64,000 nt of DNA from Candidatus Eiseniibacteriota bacterium (GTDB lineage Bacteria; Eisenbacteria; RBG-16-71-46; CAIMUX01): contig CAWHYG010000005.1 of NCBI GenBank assembly GCA_963833505.1, forward strand, positions 318,918 through 382,917, given 5' to 3'. This document shows positions 30,744 to 42,693 of this stretch, in pieces; position 1 is the stretch's first letter; each line of letters starts with the position of its first letter. The position numbers were made by a program, and so were the translations under genes. The notes beneath the pieces are model-generated. The model had not been told where the DNA came from. It worked only from the letters and a program-made list of their open reading frames with translations, and searched no databases.

Positions 30744-33700
30744 TCAGTGCCGGGCCGGCTTCTGCGCGGTGTCCGGCAACGCCGGCGCACCTTGGGGCGC
30801 AGCCGGCGGTGCTGGGGCGGGTGTCGCCGGAGCGGCCCCCGGATTGGCCGCCGGCATCGTGGGCGATATCGACGGCGCTGCCGGCGTCGCTGATCCGGTC
30901 CCGGTCGCGGAGGCCGGAGGCGCGGCCGATGCCGCCGCTGATCCGGCCGCAGGCGCTGTCGCTCCGGTGGCCGATCCCGGTGCGGAACCGGGGGTTCCGG
31001 AGGGCGCGGTCGATCCGGGCGTTGTGCCCTGCCCTGCTCCCGGGGCAGGCACAGTAGCCGGCGCCCCAATCCCCTTGAACCACGCCGCCGTGGTGGAATC
31101 GCAAAGGTCGAATCCGTAGATTCGCCGGAAATGACCGCGTTCCGCGTCCATCGAGATTCCCGGACGGAGCTGCGTCGCCTTCGCAAATGCCGAAGCGGCC
31201 TTGTCCTTCTTTCCCGTGACGTACAGCGCGACCGCTTCCATCTCATGGCGGAGCACGGCGGCGCGGACGTCGGCGGTATCCGCAGTCGCCCCGGCAGGCA
31301 CGTGCTCGAGGTGGCTCGCCAGACCCCCGTAGTTCCGTTGCTGAAGTAGAACGAACGGCACGACGAACCGCGGGCGAATGTGGGTCGCCTCCTGGGTGTC
31401 GGCGAAGGCCTCACGGAGCGTGGCCAGGCTGTCCGGGAGCAGCGAAGCCAGACCCGTGAGGAACGCGAAGCCGCCGCTGGTGTCCTGCACCGCCAGTTGA
31501 TCGTGGTAGGTGCGGAAGACCAGGCGAACCACGCTCGTGTCCCTGAAAGTCGCGCTTGTTTTCTCCTGCCGGGCCAGATCGAGCAGCTCCCGCGCCGCGG
31601 CCGGGTGTTTCTTCGCGCCGAGCCAGGCCCGGATCATCGCCTTCTGAAAGCGCACCCGATGGCCGGCCGGAACGTCGGCACGCAGGGAGTCGCCCACCGA
31701 GAGAACGGCATCCCACATCCCCCGGCGATCGAGCTCATAAAGCCGGATGAGCTTGAACGCCGAGATCGCGGCGGGTTCGGCCTGGAAGGCCTGCGCGTCG
31801 CGAAGCTGCAGCAGGGCCGCCTCCGCCTTTTCCGGCGCTCCGGTGATCCGATCCGACTCCAGCCATTTCAGGGCCGCGAGCCCGGGCAGCGGGATCTCCG
31901 GACCTGCCTCGCCGCCGCTGCCCGAGGCGGTCATCGGCACGATCTGCACCGCTTCCGGCGTCTCGCCCCGGGCGTCTGTGGTCGGGATGTGAGCCGTGAG
32001 CCCGGTCGCCTTCGCCAGCACCCGCCAGGTCCCCGCGGCTGCTTTCTCGCGGACCAGGTAACCCCGCGTAAACGCGCCCGGGCTGGCCTTCCAGCTCAAG
32101 TCGACGCCGTTCGTCGTGTATCGGACGACACCGGCCCCCGGAGCCGGGGCGAAGAGCGACCAGTGATAGACGTAGGTCTGGTCCGTTCCCCGGTCGGGAA
32201 GGTAGAGGTTGCCCAGGCCGTCCGTGAAAATTCCGGAAGCCTCCTTGTACAAGGTGGCCGGCCCGAAGGATGGGATCAGGGATAGCCCGTCCGGTCCCAC
32301 GACGTGGATCCGCCCGGTCGCGGCATCAAGGACGAAGGAGTTTCCGAGCCGATCGAAGGCCACTCCGCCCACCCTCGCGGGATAATCGGGGGGCGAAAGC
32401 GGCTGGGTCGCCGCGGTCTTGGGATCGATCCGGACTCCGTTGCCCCCATTCTCCGACCACACCAGGATCTCGCCTCCGGGGGAGATCCTGACCCCGGAAG
32501 GATCCTTCATCGGCGCCAACCGGGAAGAGAAGGTCGTCCCGTCGATGGCGACGAAGCAGATCCGGCCCTTCGCGGGATCGGTCACGACCACGCGGCCATC
32601 GGGCAGAAACGCCGCGGCCCCCGGCTTGAATCGCCGTTCGTCCGTCCAGTTGTCTCCGACGGAACGCAGGAACGCGCCGTCCCGAATCCGGAGGACGTCG
32701 AAGCGCTGCGCTCCCGGATCCGCGACGGCCACCAGGCTGTCTCCCAGATCGACCGACGCGACGGAAGAGATCCCCTGGGTATACAAAACCGACCCCTTGC
32801 CTTCTTCGGGACGCAACCCGATGGCGCTGTCTCCATACGCGGTCACGTACGGGACGCTGCGGGCCGGGCGCGAGACCAGGCCGCCCTTCTGACCAAGGAA
32901 GAAGAACCGGCAGGGGCCCGCGGAATCCGCCCGGACGGCCACGATCGCGCCGGGAATGACCGACGGCTGCGACGAGCAGATCCGCACTTCCAGCGGTGGC
33001 GCGGCGAGAGGCTTGAGTTCGGCCTCGGTCAGGAGGCTGATCCGCTCGACCTTTCGGAGCTCCGCATCCAGGATGACGAGCTGATCTCCGGCCAGGGACA
33101 GCGCGACCGGCTTGTCGAAGGAGCCGGGACCCTTGCCCTGACCTCCATACATGAAGCCGTCCTTGAGAGTTTCCGAAGGCGGACCGCAGCGCCAGAGCCT
33201 TCCCTTCGCCCCTTCCAGGACGAGAACGGCGCCATCGGCGTGCCCGACCGCCGCGACGATTTCGGCCGTCGGCGTCTCTCCGCCTCCACTCGCCGGGATC
33301 GGCATCTCGTGGACCAGATTGTCGGGAAGAGGCCCTGATTCGGGTGCCTGTTCGAAATCCGGGATCTGGTAGATCCGGCCGAGCGCCTTCCGATCGCAGA
33401 TATAGACCGATCCGTCGGGACTCGAGGCGAGGCATCCGGGATCCTTCAGGAACGCGGGCAGCAGGACCTCGCGAAGAAAGAGACCGTCGGGAGAGAAGAT
33501 CAGCACGGCTTTCCGGCCGGAATCGAACACGAACAGGTGGCCACCCGGTCCGAACGCCAGTTGCTCCGGGCTGTCGAAGGTGCCGAGTCCGCCTCCTTCC
33601 TGGCCGAATTCGCCGATTTTCTCCCCGGCGGCGGAGAACACGAAGACCCTCCGGCTCTTGGCGTCGACCACGAAAGCCCGACCGGCCGGAGAGATGAGCA

Positions 33701-33968
33701 GGGCGACCGGCCGGATCAGAACGCCTTTGCCGTAGGAGTGGACGAACTTGCCCTGCCCGGTGAAGACCACGATCTGGCCGTCCTGATCGGCGACCTGGAC
33801 ATTGCCGTCCGGGGCCAGGGCGATCGCGCTGGGATGGGAGACGAATCCGGCGGAGGATTGGGCCGGAAGAGCGAACGAGCCCTCGGGAAGATACTTCGAT
33901 TGCTGGGCGGCGCCCACGCCGGGAAGGGACACGGCGACCGCCAGAACCAACGCGACTGCTGCTTTCAC
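30744..33968 (-). CDS. Secreted NHL-repeat protein with Fn3-like and helical regions and a Pro/Ala-rich tail
   Basis: GTG at 33968 after GGGAGG; signal KAAVALVLAVAVSLPG; NHL motifs G.G.F..P..LA..G.LFV.D; low-complexity C-terminus. Confidence 0.8.
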   Translation of the reverse strand: MKAAVALVLAVAVSLPGVGAAQQSKYLPEGSFALPAQSSAGFVSHPSAIALAPDGNVQVADQDGQIVVFTGQGKFVHSYGKGVLIRPVALLISPAGRAFVVDAKSRRVFVFSAAGEKIGEFGQEGGGLGTFDSPEQLAFGPGGHLFVFDSGRKAVLIFSPDGLFLREVLLPAFLKDPGCLASSPDGSVYICDRKALGRIYQIPDFEQAPESGPLPDNLVHEMPIPASGGGETPTAEIVAAVGHADGAVLVLEGAKGRLWRCGPPSETLKDGFMYGGQGKGPGSFDKPVALSLAGDQLVILDAELRKVERISLLTEAELKPLAAPPLEVRICSSQPSVIPGAIVAVRADSAGPCRFFFLGQKGGLVSRPARSVPYVTAYGDSAIGLRPEEGKGSVLYTQGISSVASVDLGDSLVAVADPGAQRFDVLRIRDGAFLRSVGDNWTDERRFKPGAAAFLPDGRVVVTDPAKGRICFVAIDGTTFSSRLAPMKDPSGVRISPGGEILVWSENGGNGVRIDPKTAATQPLSPPDYPARVGGVAFDRLGNSFVLDAATGRIHVVGPDGLSLIPSFGPATLYKEASGIFTDGLGNLYLPDRGTDQTYVYHWSLFAPAPGAGVVRYTTNGVDLSWKASPGAFTRGYLVREKAAAGTWRVLAKATGLTAHIPTTDARGETPEAVQIVPMTASGSGGEAGPEIPLPGLAALKWLESDRITGAPEKAEAALLQLRDAQAFQAEPAAISAFKLIRLYELDRRGMWDAVLSVGDSLRADVPAGHRVRFQKAMIRAWLGAKKHPAAARELLDLARQEKTSATFRDTSVVRLVFRTYHDQLAVQDTSGGFAFLTGLASLLPDSLATLREAFADTQEATHIRPRFVVPFVLLQQRNYGGLASHLEHVPAGATADTADVRAAVLRHEMEAVALYVTGKKDKAASAFAKATQLRPGISMDAERGHFRRIYGFDLCDSTTAAWFKGIGAPATVPAPGAGQGTTPGSTAPSGTPGSAPGSATGATAPAAGSAAASAAPPASATGTGSATPAAPSISPTMPAANPGAAPATPAPAPPAAPQGAPALPDTAQKPARH

Positions 33969-34305
33969 ACCCGCCTCCCGCTCGCCGAGCCGGGCGCGCG
34001 TGCGCCGGCTCGAATGCTCAGCTACATCCGGCTCGTCGAACGGCGGAGCGCACCGCCGGCCGCGACCGTTCACTCATCCGTGACAGAACGCCCATGGAGA
34101 GACCGAAAGAGTGGTAAACCAAGGAGATGCCTGCGTCAAGGACCCAGTGGCGGCCAGCGGCCGGCCGACGGCTGAGGGCGCCTTCGCCAAGGCCCGGGAT
34201 CGCATCGCGAGCTCGCCCCCAAGGCCTTCCGCGGGGCGCATCACGAGTGCCGCCGTGGACCAGTTCGCTGCCCGCCTCACCGCCAGCGGACTCGGCGCGC
34301 CGTGG

Positions 34306-35163
34306 TCAAAACAGGCCGAGGGCCATCCCGGGATAGTGCGCGTGCAGGATCGCCGCAACCAGGAAGACGTCGATGATCAGATGAACGAGCAGCACGTAGA
34401 TCAGGGATCGCGACCCCTCATACATCGCTCCTTGAGTCAGGGCGAGGAGGTAGACCAGGAAGGGGCCAAGACCGGTGAAGGCCATGGTCGTGAGCACGGA
34501 GGCGTAGACCACCCCCTGGGCGGCGATGGCGGGTCTGCGCGGGTAGACCGAGCGAAGCAGCGCGTAGACCGTATTGATGAAAAACAGCTCGTCCCAGATT
34601 CCCACCAGATTGATCCCGACGATGAGGCGCCAGCTTTCTTCCCGGAAAGGCAGGGCCGGAAGGACCCAGTGATAGGGCACGCCGGGGTTGACCCGGAAAT
34701 AGAAGAGGAAGACAGCCCAGGACAGCGGAATCGAAATGAGCACGTAGATGACGTCCCGCCAGCGAAACCTCCTCGGAAGGATCCTCCAGGTGATGACTCC
34801 GGGATCGCTTCGCCGCAGGAGCAGCGCGGGCGCCAGGAGGACCGCGAGAAAGAAGCCTGCCAGGACGAGGAAATGACGGTTGCCGGTGCCGGTGTTGATC
34901 GGCGCCAGGGCCAGGACGAGGATCACGCCGAGAAGAACGGCCATCCGCCGGCGCAAGGCGGGATCCCGATCCAGCAGGACCAGAAAGAGAGCCGCGCTCC
35001 AGAGGACAAGCCCGGGCCACACCAGCGGACCGCAAACCCGGGCGCGCAACGGAAGAAGCGGCGGCACGGCCAGGCCGGTTGCAATCAGGATCGCGGCGCG
35101 CCGAACCCGGTCCGGCGCGGCCGACACGGTCGATTCCGTGTGCAAGTGTTTTTCCAAACCCAT
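34306..35163 (-). CDS. CPBP (CAAX/Abi) family intramembrane protease
   Basis: Multiple TM helices; GIWDELFF and VHLIID motifs. Confidence 0.75.
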   Translation of the reverse strand: MGLEKHLHTESTVSAAPDRVRRAAILIATGLAVPPLLPLRARVCGPLVWPGLVLWSAALFLVLLDRDPALRRRMAVLLGVILVLALAPINTGTGNRHFLVLAGFFLAVLLAPALLLRRSDPGVITWRILPRRFRWRDVIYVLISIPLSWAVFLFYFRVNPGVPYHWVLPALPFREESWRLIVGINLVGIWDELFFINTVYALLRSVYPRRPAIAAQGVVYASVLTTMAFTGLGPFLVYLLALTQGAMYEGSRSLIYVLLVHLIIDVFLVAAILHAHYPGMALGLF

Positions 35164-35497
35164 TCCAGGCTCGAAGGAGCCCGTGATCCCCCTGGCCCCG
35201 GCGCCGTCAGCGAGGGCGGCAGGCGCGATTCGCCCCGAAGCGCAAGCGCTCCGCCGGCGACCGGCTCAGCGGGCCATCGATCGGTCGCTAGTTCCGCCGG
35301 CAGCCAGATCGTCGGCCCACCGGCCTCCGGTCGAATTCGGCCATTTCCCCCGGCTTGATCCGGGTTCCAACGCGGTCCCGTAATTCGCGGCCGCTGGGAC
35401 TGTTCCGGCAAGAAGATAGCCTGCTTGGGGGGCCACAGGCAATTCCCGAGGTTGATCCCGTTGCGGGGCGGCGCGCGTCCGAGTGATCTCATATCCA

Positions 35498-35527
35498 TTG
35501 ACAATCCCTGACCCGTTGTCTTATTCT
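35498..35527 (+). promoter_or_regulatory. Sigma70-type promoter with overlapping inverted repeat
   Basis: TTGACA-N18-TATTCT in an AT-rich island; GACAA-N11-TTGTC at 35500-35520. Confidence 0.5.
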
Positions 35528-35800
35528 TGTTGTACTAAGAAACGACGAGCCGATCTTGCTCCGGTGGACCAGATCCTCTTCCGGCTCGTTCGAGTGAATC
35601 GACGGCGATTGCTTCGGGCCAGACGGCCCGCTCGCAAGCTCCGGCGCACTCCAGTCAGGGAAGAACCCGGTTCGTCTCAAACGAAGTGGCAGCCGCGGGC
35701 AGGTCCGCACGGTTCCGGACCGCATGTGAAGGACGACAGCGCAACTCGCGCTCGAGTCCTCATCGAGGCCCGTCCGTGACCGCGGCATCTTCAGGAGGTC

Positions 35801-36964
<1,164 letters not shown>

Positions 36965-37182
36965 CGCAACGCGCTCCCGGTCCGAGCGGGCATCGGCTCC
37001 CGCCCCGCTCTCCTGACGCCACCGGCGACCGCGCAGGCCCAAACGGGGCGGGCGTTGAATCCCGAGTCGCTCCCGTTCCCGACATCCACGAGAACGCCGG
37101 ACGCTGGCCCCCGCGAACACCCCTTCCGCCGCCCGCGGCAAGGCGCTATCCTCGCAGCGCGTCAGGACTGAGGAGGTGTCCC

Positions 37183-37347
37183 ATGCCCGAGTATGGTTAC
37201 CGATGCGCCAAGTGCGGGAAGAGCTTCAATCTGGTGATGGGGGTCATCGAACACGAGAAGGCCAAGGTGAAGTGCCCCAAATGTTCATCCTCCACCGTGG
37301 TTCAGAAGGTCAGTGCGTTCGTGCCCATCACCTCGAAGAAGAGTTGA
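37183..37347 (+). CDS. FmdB-family zinc-ribbon protein
   Basis: MPEYGYRCAKCG..CPKCSS..QKVS; ATG after GAGGAGG. Confidence 0.88.
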   Translation: MPEYGYRCAKCGKSFNLVMGVIEHEKAKVKCPKCSSSTVVQKVSAFVPITSKKS

Positions 37348-37397
37348 CGATCGGGCGCCGGCCTGCGATCCGAACTGGATGAACCAAGGAGTCCTCC

Positions 37398-39822
37398 ATG
37401 GATGAGGCGAAGCGGCATTTTCCGCTCGGCGCGGTGGTGGGCCAGGACTCGCTCAAGACGGTCTATCTGGCCAACATCGTGGATCCCGAGATCGGCGGCC
37501 TCCTCATCAGCGGGCCGAAGGGCACGGGAAAGAGCATGGTCGTGCACTCGGTGGTCGATTTGCTTCCCCAATATCCGGCGGTCGACGGCTGCCCCTTCAA
37601 CTGCGATTCCGCTCGTGAGGAGCGTCTTTGTTCGTTGTGTCGCGAGAGACTGGATTTCCGTCCGGATCCGGACTCGCGTGCGGATTCCCGTCCGACCAGC
37701 GCTCCAACCGGTGCACCGTCCCTTCCCACCCGGAACCGGCGGATGGTGATCGTCAATCTCCCGCTGAGCTGCACGGAAGACCGTCTGATCGGCAGCATCA
37801 ACATCGAGTCCCTGCTCCATTCGGGCAAGAGCGAGGTGCAAGTGGGCATCCTCGGCGCGGCCAACCGGAACATCCTCTACGTGGATGAGGTCAATCTCCT
37901 GCCCGATCATCTGGTCGACGACATCCTGGACGCGGCCGCCAGCCACTGGAGCACGATCGAGCGGGAAGGGCTGTCGGTCTCGCACCCGGCGGAATTCGTT
38001 CTGATCGGCACGATGAATCCGGAGGAGGGGGACCTCCGCCCGCAGATCCTGGATCGGTTCCCGCTCTGCATCCGGCTGGAGTCGGTGCGCGACCCGCGGG
38101 AGCGGGTCGAGATCGTGAAGCGAAACCTCCTCTTCGAGAGCGATCCGGCTGCGCTCCACCGGCTTTTCGCGGGAGAGCAGGATACCCTGCGCGCAAGCCT
38201 GGTCGAGGCCCGCCGCCGCCTGCGCGAGATCCAGGTCTCCGATAGCGTTCTTTTCGCCATCTCGGCAGCCTGCGCGGACCTCAAGGTGGATGGGCAAAGG
38301 CCGGACATCGTCATTGCGAAGACCGCTCGGGCCGTGGCGGCTCTGGACGGTCGGCCCGAAGTCGGCCCCGAGCACGTCCTTCTCGCCGGACGCGCGGCGC
38401 TCAACCACCGCACGCGCGACGGAGGGCTCCTGGATCCTCCTTCCTTCGAGGAGATCCAGACGGTCTTTCACAAACATCTGGCGACGATCCCTGAAGCGAA
38501 CGGATCCCGGGAGCAGGTCGCTCGCGCCGCCGGGGAAAGCGGCGCGGCCCCTCAGAAGCCGAGCGCGGCGGCGCCCCCCGGACCTGGACCCGCCTCCGAG
38601 CGGATGCCGGATTCGCGTCACGGGATCGACAAGACCATCGGGGCGTTTGCCGCCGCCGATCCCGAAAGAACGGACTCGGGGACCGGAAAGCGCTTTTCAA
38701 AAAAGAATGGGCCTGGCCTCCGGCGCCGCGATTCGGAAGAAACCGGCGTCGCTCGGGGCCAGGCTCAGAGAGCGTTTGAGAGATCTCTTCCGGCCGAAAA
38801 CGCGGTTGGCCATTCCCATCGATCCGGGCCCGCTGCGCTTGTCGCTCGAGGATCCTCTGGCCGACGCCGGACGCTCCGCGCTCTCGTCTCTGTACAAGTC
38901 CTATCGGCGGATGTTCCACCGGATGCTCCGGTCGTTCCGCACCGTCCGGAGAGGCGCCATCCGAGGTCGACGACGCCGGCCGATCGTGAACCGGCAGGCC
39001 GGGCGGAACATCCGCGTCGTCGACTATCGCCCGGGGGAGAACCTGCTGGCGCCGCTTCCCACCGTCCTTCGGGCCTTTCGGGATGGCCGCGCGCGGCCGG
39101 CTCAGGGCAGGATCGTGCTGAGAAAGCGGGATCTCCTGGGTTGGGACAAGGTCGAGTCGGAAAGCCTGACCCTAATCCTTCTCGTCGACCTGAGCCGGTC
39201 GACCCATCTCTATCTCTCCGCGCTGGTCAAGATCCTGCGGTCCTTGACCGGCCACTTTCACCGGAAGCGCGACCGGATGGGTCTGGTCTCGCTCCAGGGC
39301 CGGCAGGCTCGGATTCTCAATCACCCGACGCACAACTACCGCGTCGTGACGAGAAGCCTGGCCGGGCTCGCGGTCGCGGGGGAGTCTCCGCTGGCCGACG
39401 GTCTCTCCAAGGCCCTGGCCATGGCGCGACTCGAGAGGCTTCGCAATCCGGGATCGCGGCCTCTCGTCATTCTCGTGAGCGATTGCTATCCCGAACCGCT
39501 TACGATGAAGGTTCCGGATCTTCTCGACGAGCCCGCCTTCAAGAAGGCGATGAACGCCGCCGCCCTGTACCGCAAGGAGAAGGTTCATCTGCTGGTGATC
39601 CAGCCGAGTCTTCAGTCGCGAGAGGCCGCCGATCGCCCCGCGCCGGCCGGCGATCGCCTGGCGAACGCCATCACCCGGTTGGCGGGCGGCCGGCTCGTCT
39701 CCTTCGCCCCGGCGGGCGGAGCGGACATTCCCAAGGAGCGGCTGTCCGTCATGCTCGGAGAGATCGAGGCCGCCCTGGAGGGACTTCCGCGGATGGCTCG
39801 GGTCGAGAGCAGGCTCACCTAG
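37398..39822 (+). CDS. ChlI/ChlD-like chelatase-family AAA+ ATPase plus vWA domain, split by a frame break near 38700
   Basis: AVVGQ, GPKGTGKS, CPFNC, TEDRLIGS, LYVDEVNLL, MNPEEG.LRPQILDRF in frame 0. vWA MIDAS LLVDLSRS..GESPL..ILVSD lies in the +1 frame and ends at 39822. Confidence 0.8.
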
Positions 39823-39996
39823 GGAGGGGCGAGGGCAAGCGCAACGTAGTCATGGGGGCAGATCCGAAGCCGCATCAGGAGGTTCACGAATGTCGCCGGG
39901 CTGGCATCCTCGCGTCGCGCCCTTGGTTTCCGCGTCGCGCTGTGCCACGATGAAAGCGAGGGGCGCGCAACGCCCGACGATTCGAGAGGAGCCCGC

Positions 39997-40257
39997 ATGA
40001 GAAGGGATGGGAGTTTCGCCGCGATGCTGTTTCGCCTCCTTCTGGTCGTGATCGGAGTCCTGATCGCCCGTTCTCTTCTGCGGGTCGTGGCCCGTCTGTT
40101 CCAAGGACGGCAGGAGCCCGGTGTCCGGGGCGCGGCGTTTGAACCGAGATCGAGCGAGACCCGCTTTGACGTTTCCGAAGGTGACGTTCTGGACGTGCCT
40201 TTCACCGAGGTTGAGACCACTCCCGAAGCGGCGAAGAGGAGCGGCTCCGGCAGCTGA
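39997..40257 (+). CDS. Small membrane protein of unknown function
   Basis: ATG after GAGGAG; N-terminal TM segment; acidic tail DVLDVPFTEV. Confidence 0.55.
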   Translation: MRRDGSFAAMLFRLLLVVIGVLIARSLLRVVARLFQGRQEPGVRGAAFEPRSSETRFDVSEGDVLDVPFTEVETTPEAAKRSGSGS

Positions 40258-40663
40258 CGGCTTTCTATTCCTGTGTCTATTCCCGGGCCGACCCATCGAC
40301 ACGGCGAGAGCGGTTCCGGCGCCTGACGGTTTGCACTTCCAGATCCGACCCACCGCGACCCGCGATCTCGGCAGCTCTCCTGAGCAGTCCTTGCTCTTGA
40401 GTGAAATCGCGCACATGAAGAGTGGGACTGTTGGCGCCATCGTGATCCTGATGCTAGATTGGACTCGTGATGGTCGGCGTGCGACTCGACCCCAGGCGGA
40501 CTTCAACCCGACACCGCAGGACATTCGCGCGCCAGTCCATTCCTTCCCCAGCTCAACCTCGTCCTGACCGCAAGAGGTCGCTGACCACAGCAGTGATATT
40601 CAACGGGCGGTTGCGAACTCCCGTTCCCGGTGCTCGCCCAAAGGCACTCAAGGGAGGTTCCTC

Positions 40664-41834
40664 ATGAACGGCAGACACCAAATCACACGGGACGACCTGA
40701 TGACTCTTCTGCAGAAGAGCTCGGCGTCCGGGATCCTCAGTGTTCACGTCGGTCTCGATCACTCCAGTCCGCACGAGCCGCAGAAGTGGCTCTCTTCCGT
40801 GCGCTCGGGCCTGCGGGATCTGGGTCATCGATTCACCGGCTCCGGTTCTGCTCGAAACGGCCCTGACCGAAATTTCCGAGCTGCCGCTCGACGCGAGGCA
40901 TCGGACCCTGGTCTACTATCGTTCGCTCGATCCAGACTGGCAATTCTGGAGAAGTCTGCACCTCCACGTTTCCGATCTCTTCGCGTTCGACTCCTCGCCG
41001 CAGGTGCTCCACCTGGTGGCGCTGCTCGACGAAGCGCCCGTTCTCGGCGTGGCGGTGCTCTCGCAGGAAAAGGCCCGCGCGCTGACCTGGACCAACGGCC
41101 AGGTCGAGGAGCACGAGATTCCCGGCCTCGAGGCCGATGTCGTCCATGCGACCGCGCCTGCAGGAACCCTCGCGGCCGGCCCCGGCGGCGCCCGCGTCGG
41201 CGCTCTGCCTGGCCGGGTCGCGGACCGGAATCGGCGCCGGCTTTCTCTTGTGGCCCAGCGCCTCGGCGAGTTGGGCCGAAGCCATGGCTGGGCCCGGCTG
41301 CTTTTGATCGGAAGTCCCGCCGTGATCGAAGCGGTCGTCGCGGCGCTGCCCGACCGGCTCCGGCGACTTCTCATTGATCCCTTCGACCGCAACCTTATCA
41401 ATGCTCCTTCATCCGAGATCGCGGTGGCCGCCGGCCGCCGGCTGCATGATTGGAAGAGGACGGACGAGCTGCGTGAAGTGAATCAGTTGATCGACGAAGC
41501 GACCGCCGCCGGGCGCTCGCGTCTGGGGCTCGCAGCCAGTCTCGATCATCTGAATGAGAAGAGGGTCGAACGGCTCTACTTCTGCAGGGGATTGCGCGCG
41601 AGCGGATTCCGCGACGCCTCCGGTCGCCTTCGCCTGCAGCCGTCGGAGCCATCGGGAACGGGCGCCACCGTGCCCGAGCCGCGTCTGGTCAATCGCATGG
41701 TGGTGGCGGCTCTGGAAGCCGGCGCTCAGGTCGTCCCGTTGGAAGGAGAATCGGCCCACCGCCTGGCTGGCGCCGGCGGCTGCGGCGTGCGCCTGCGATG
41801 GAGGGGCAACGGAGCGTTTCCGGAACCCATCTGA
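40664..41834 (+). pseudogene. baeRF (bacterial aeRF1/eRF1-like release factor family) protein, frameshift near 40835
   Basis: ATG after GGGAGG; N-terminus GILSVHV; in the second frame LLLIGS and an eRF1 domain-3-like end GLAASLDHLNEKRVERL..ALEAGAQV..GGCGVRLRW. Confidence 0.65.
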
Positions 41835-42032
41835 GAGCGAGCAGAGCCGTCGGGATCGACGCAGGAACATCCCGGCAGTCGTTCACGCTGGGAAGCCGGA
41901 CGGGCCCGGATTCAGCGTCGCACCCGGCATTGGGCTCGGCCTGAATGGCCGAGCGGGTCGTGGGAGCGCGGAATCGGCGGCAACGGCAGTCTCGGCTGTT
42001 CATGAGACGAACGTCCTTCACAAGGCACGGAG

Positions 42033-42068
42033 AAAATACTTTACAAAAGTGTAGTTATTTTAGAGAAT
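42033..42068 (+). promoter_or_regulatory. suf promoter with probable Rrf2 operator
   Basis: AT-rich imperfect palindrome AAAATACTTTACA-AAAG-TGTAGTTATTTT overlapping TTTACA-N17-GAGAAT. Confidence 0.55.
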
Positions 42069-42162
42069 GGGCCGATGGCCGGAATGGGTGGTCGGGTTTG
42101 GTGGGGCCGTCGGCCCCTTTTGCGTGAGACCTACCCTTTCCACCGGAACAGCGGTCGAGAAT

Positions 42163-42663
42163 ATGAAGATCACAGCACTGGAAGAATACGGTCTCAGGTG
42201 CCTGCTCCAGCTTGCCCGTCCGGCGCCGGAGGAGTCGCTGACGATCGCGGAGATCGCCGGGCGGGAGGGCCTGTCGACGGCGTACGTGGCCAAGCTCTTG
42301 AATCTCCTGCGGGTGGCCGGCCTCGTGCGAAGCGTGCGAGGACGCAGCGGGGGCTATACACTCGATCGGGGCATCGACCAGATCTCGGTGGCGGAGGCCC
42401 TGGGCGCCTTGGGAGGCCAGGTCTGGGAGCCGACCGGTTGCCGGCGCTATCCGGGTGCACTGGAAGTCTGCATCCACGACGGCGGATGCGCGATCCGGTC
42501 GCTCTGGGGCACCGTGGACTCGATGGTCGATGAGCTTCTCCGCAGCGTCACGCTGGCCGACCTGCTGGGGACCTATGGCACCCGCATCCGTGTGCGCATG
42601 GAGCGGGAGGAGTTTCCGGGAAAGTCCCGAATCGCCCTCGTGGCCGACACCAACGGCGACTGA
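42163..42663 (+). CDS. Rrf2-family (IscR-like) regulator
   Basis: MKITALEEYGLRCL..EIA..EGLS..Y..K..LVRSVRG.SGGY; three Cys (C..C..CAIRSLW). Confidence 0.9.
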   Translation: MKITALEEYGLRCLLQLARPAPEESLTIAEIAGREGLSTAYVAKLLNLLRVAGLVRSVRGRSGGYTLDRGIDQISVAEALGALGGQVWEPTGCRRYPGALEVCIHDGGCAIRSLWGTVDSMVDELLRSVTLADLLGTYGTRIRVRMEREEFPGKSRIALVADTNGD

Positions 42664-42693
42664 GCCGCGCCCTCGCGCGGGGAGATTGACTAG

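Noticed and set aside
30744-31070. Pro/Ala/Gly/Thr-rich tail as a repeat element
   Set aside because: Ordinary low-complexity coding tail with no discrete DNA repeat unit.
38699-38705. Simple -1 frameshift joining AAA+ to vWA as assembled
   Set aside because: With six A's the -1 frame stops at 38779 and the vWA is in +1; the model works only if the run length differs.
37398-39953. The 851-aa ORF as a real full-length protein
   Set aside because: Sequence after about 38700 is Arg/Pro/Gly-rich shadow translation over the vWA domain encoded in the +1 frame.
40400-40416. CRP/FNR-like site AGTGA-N6-GCACA
   Set aside because: Partial match only, far from the next start codon, with no supporting promoter.
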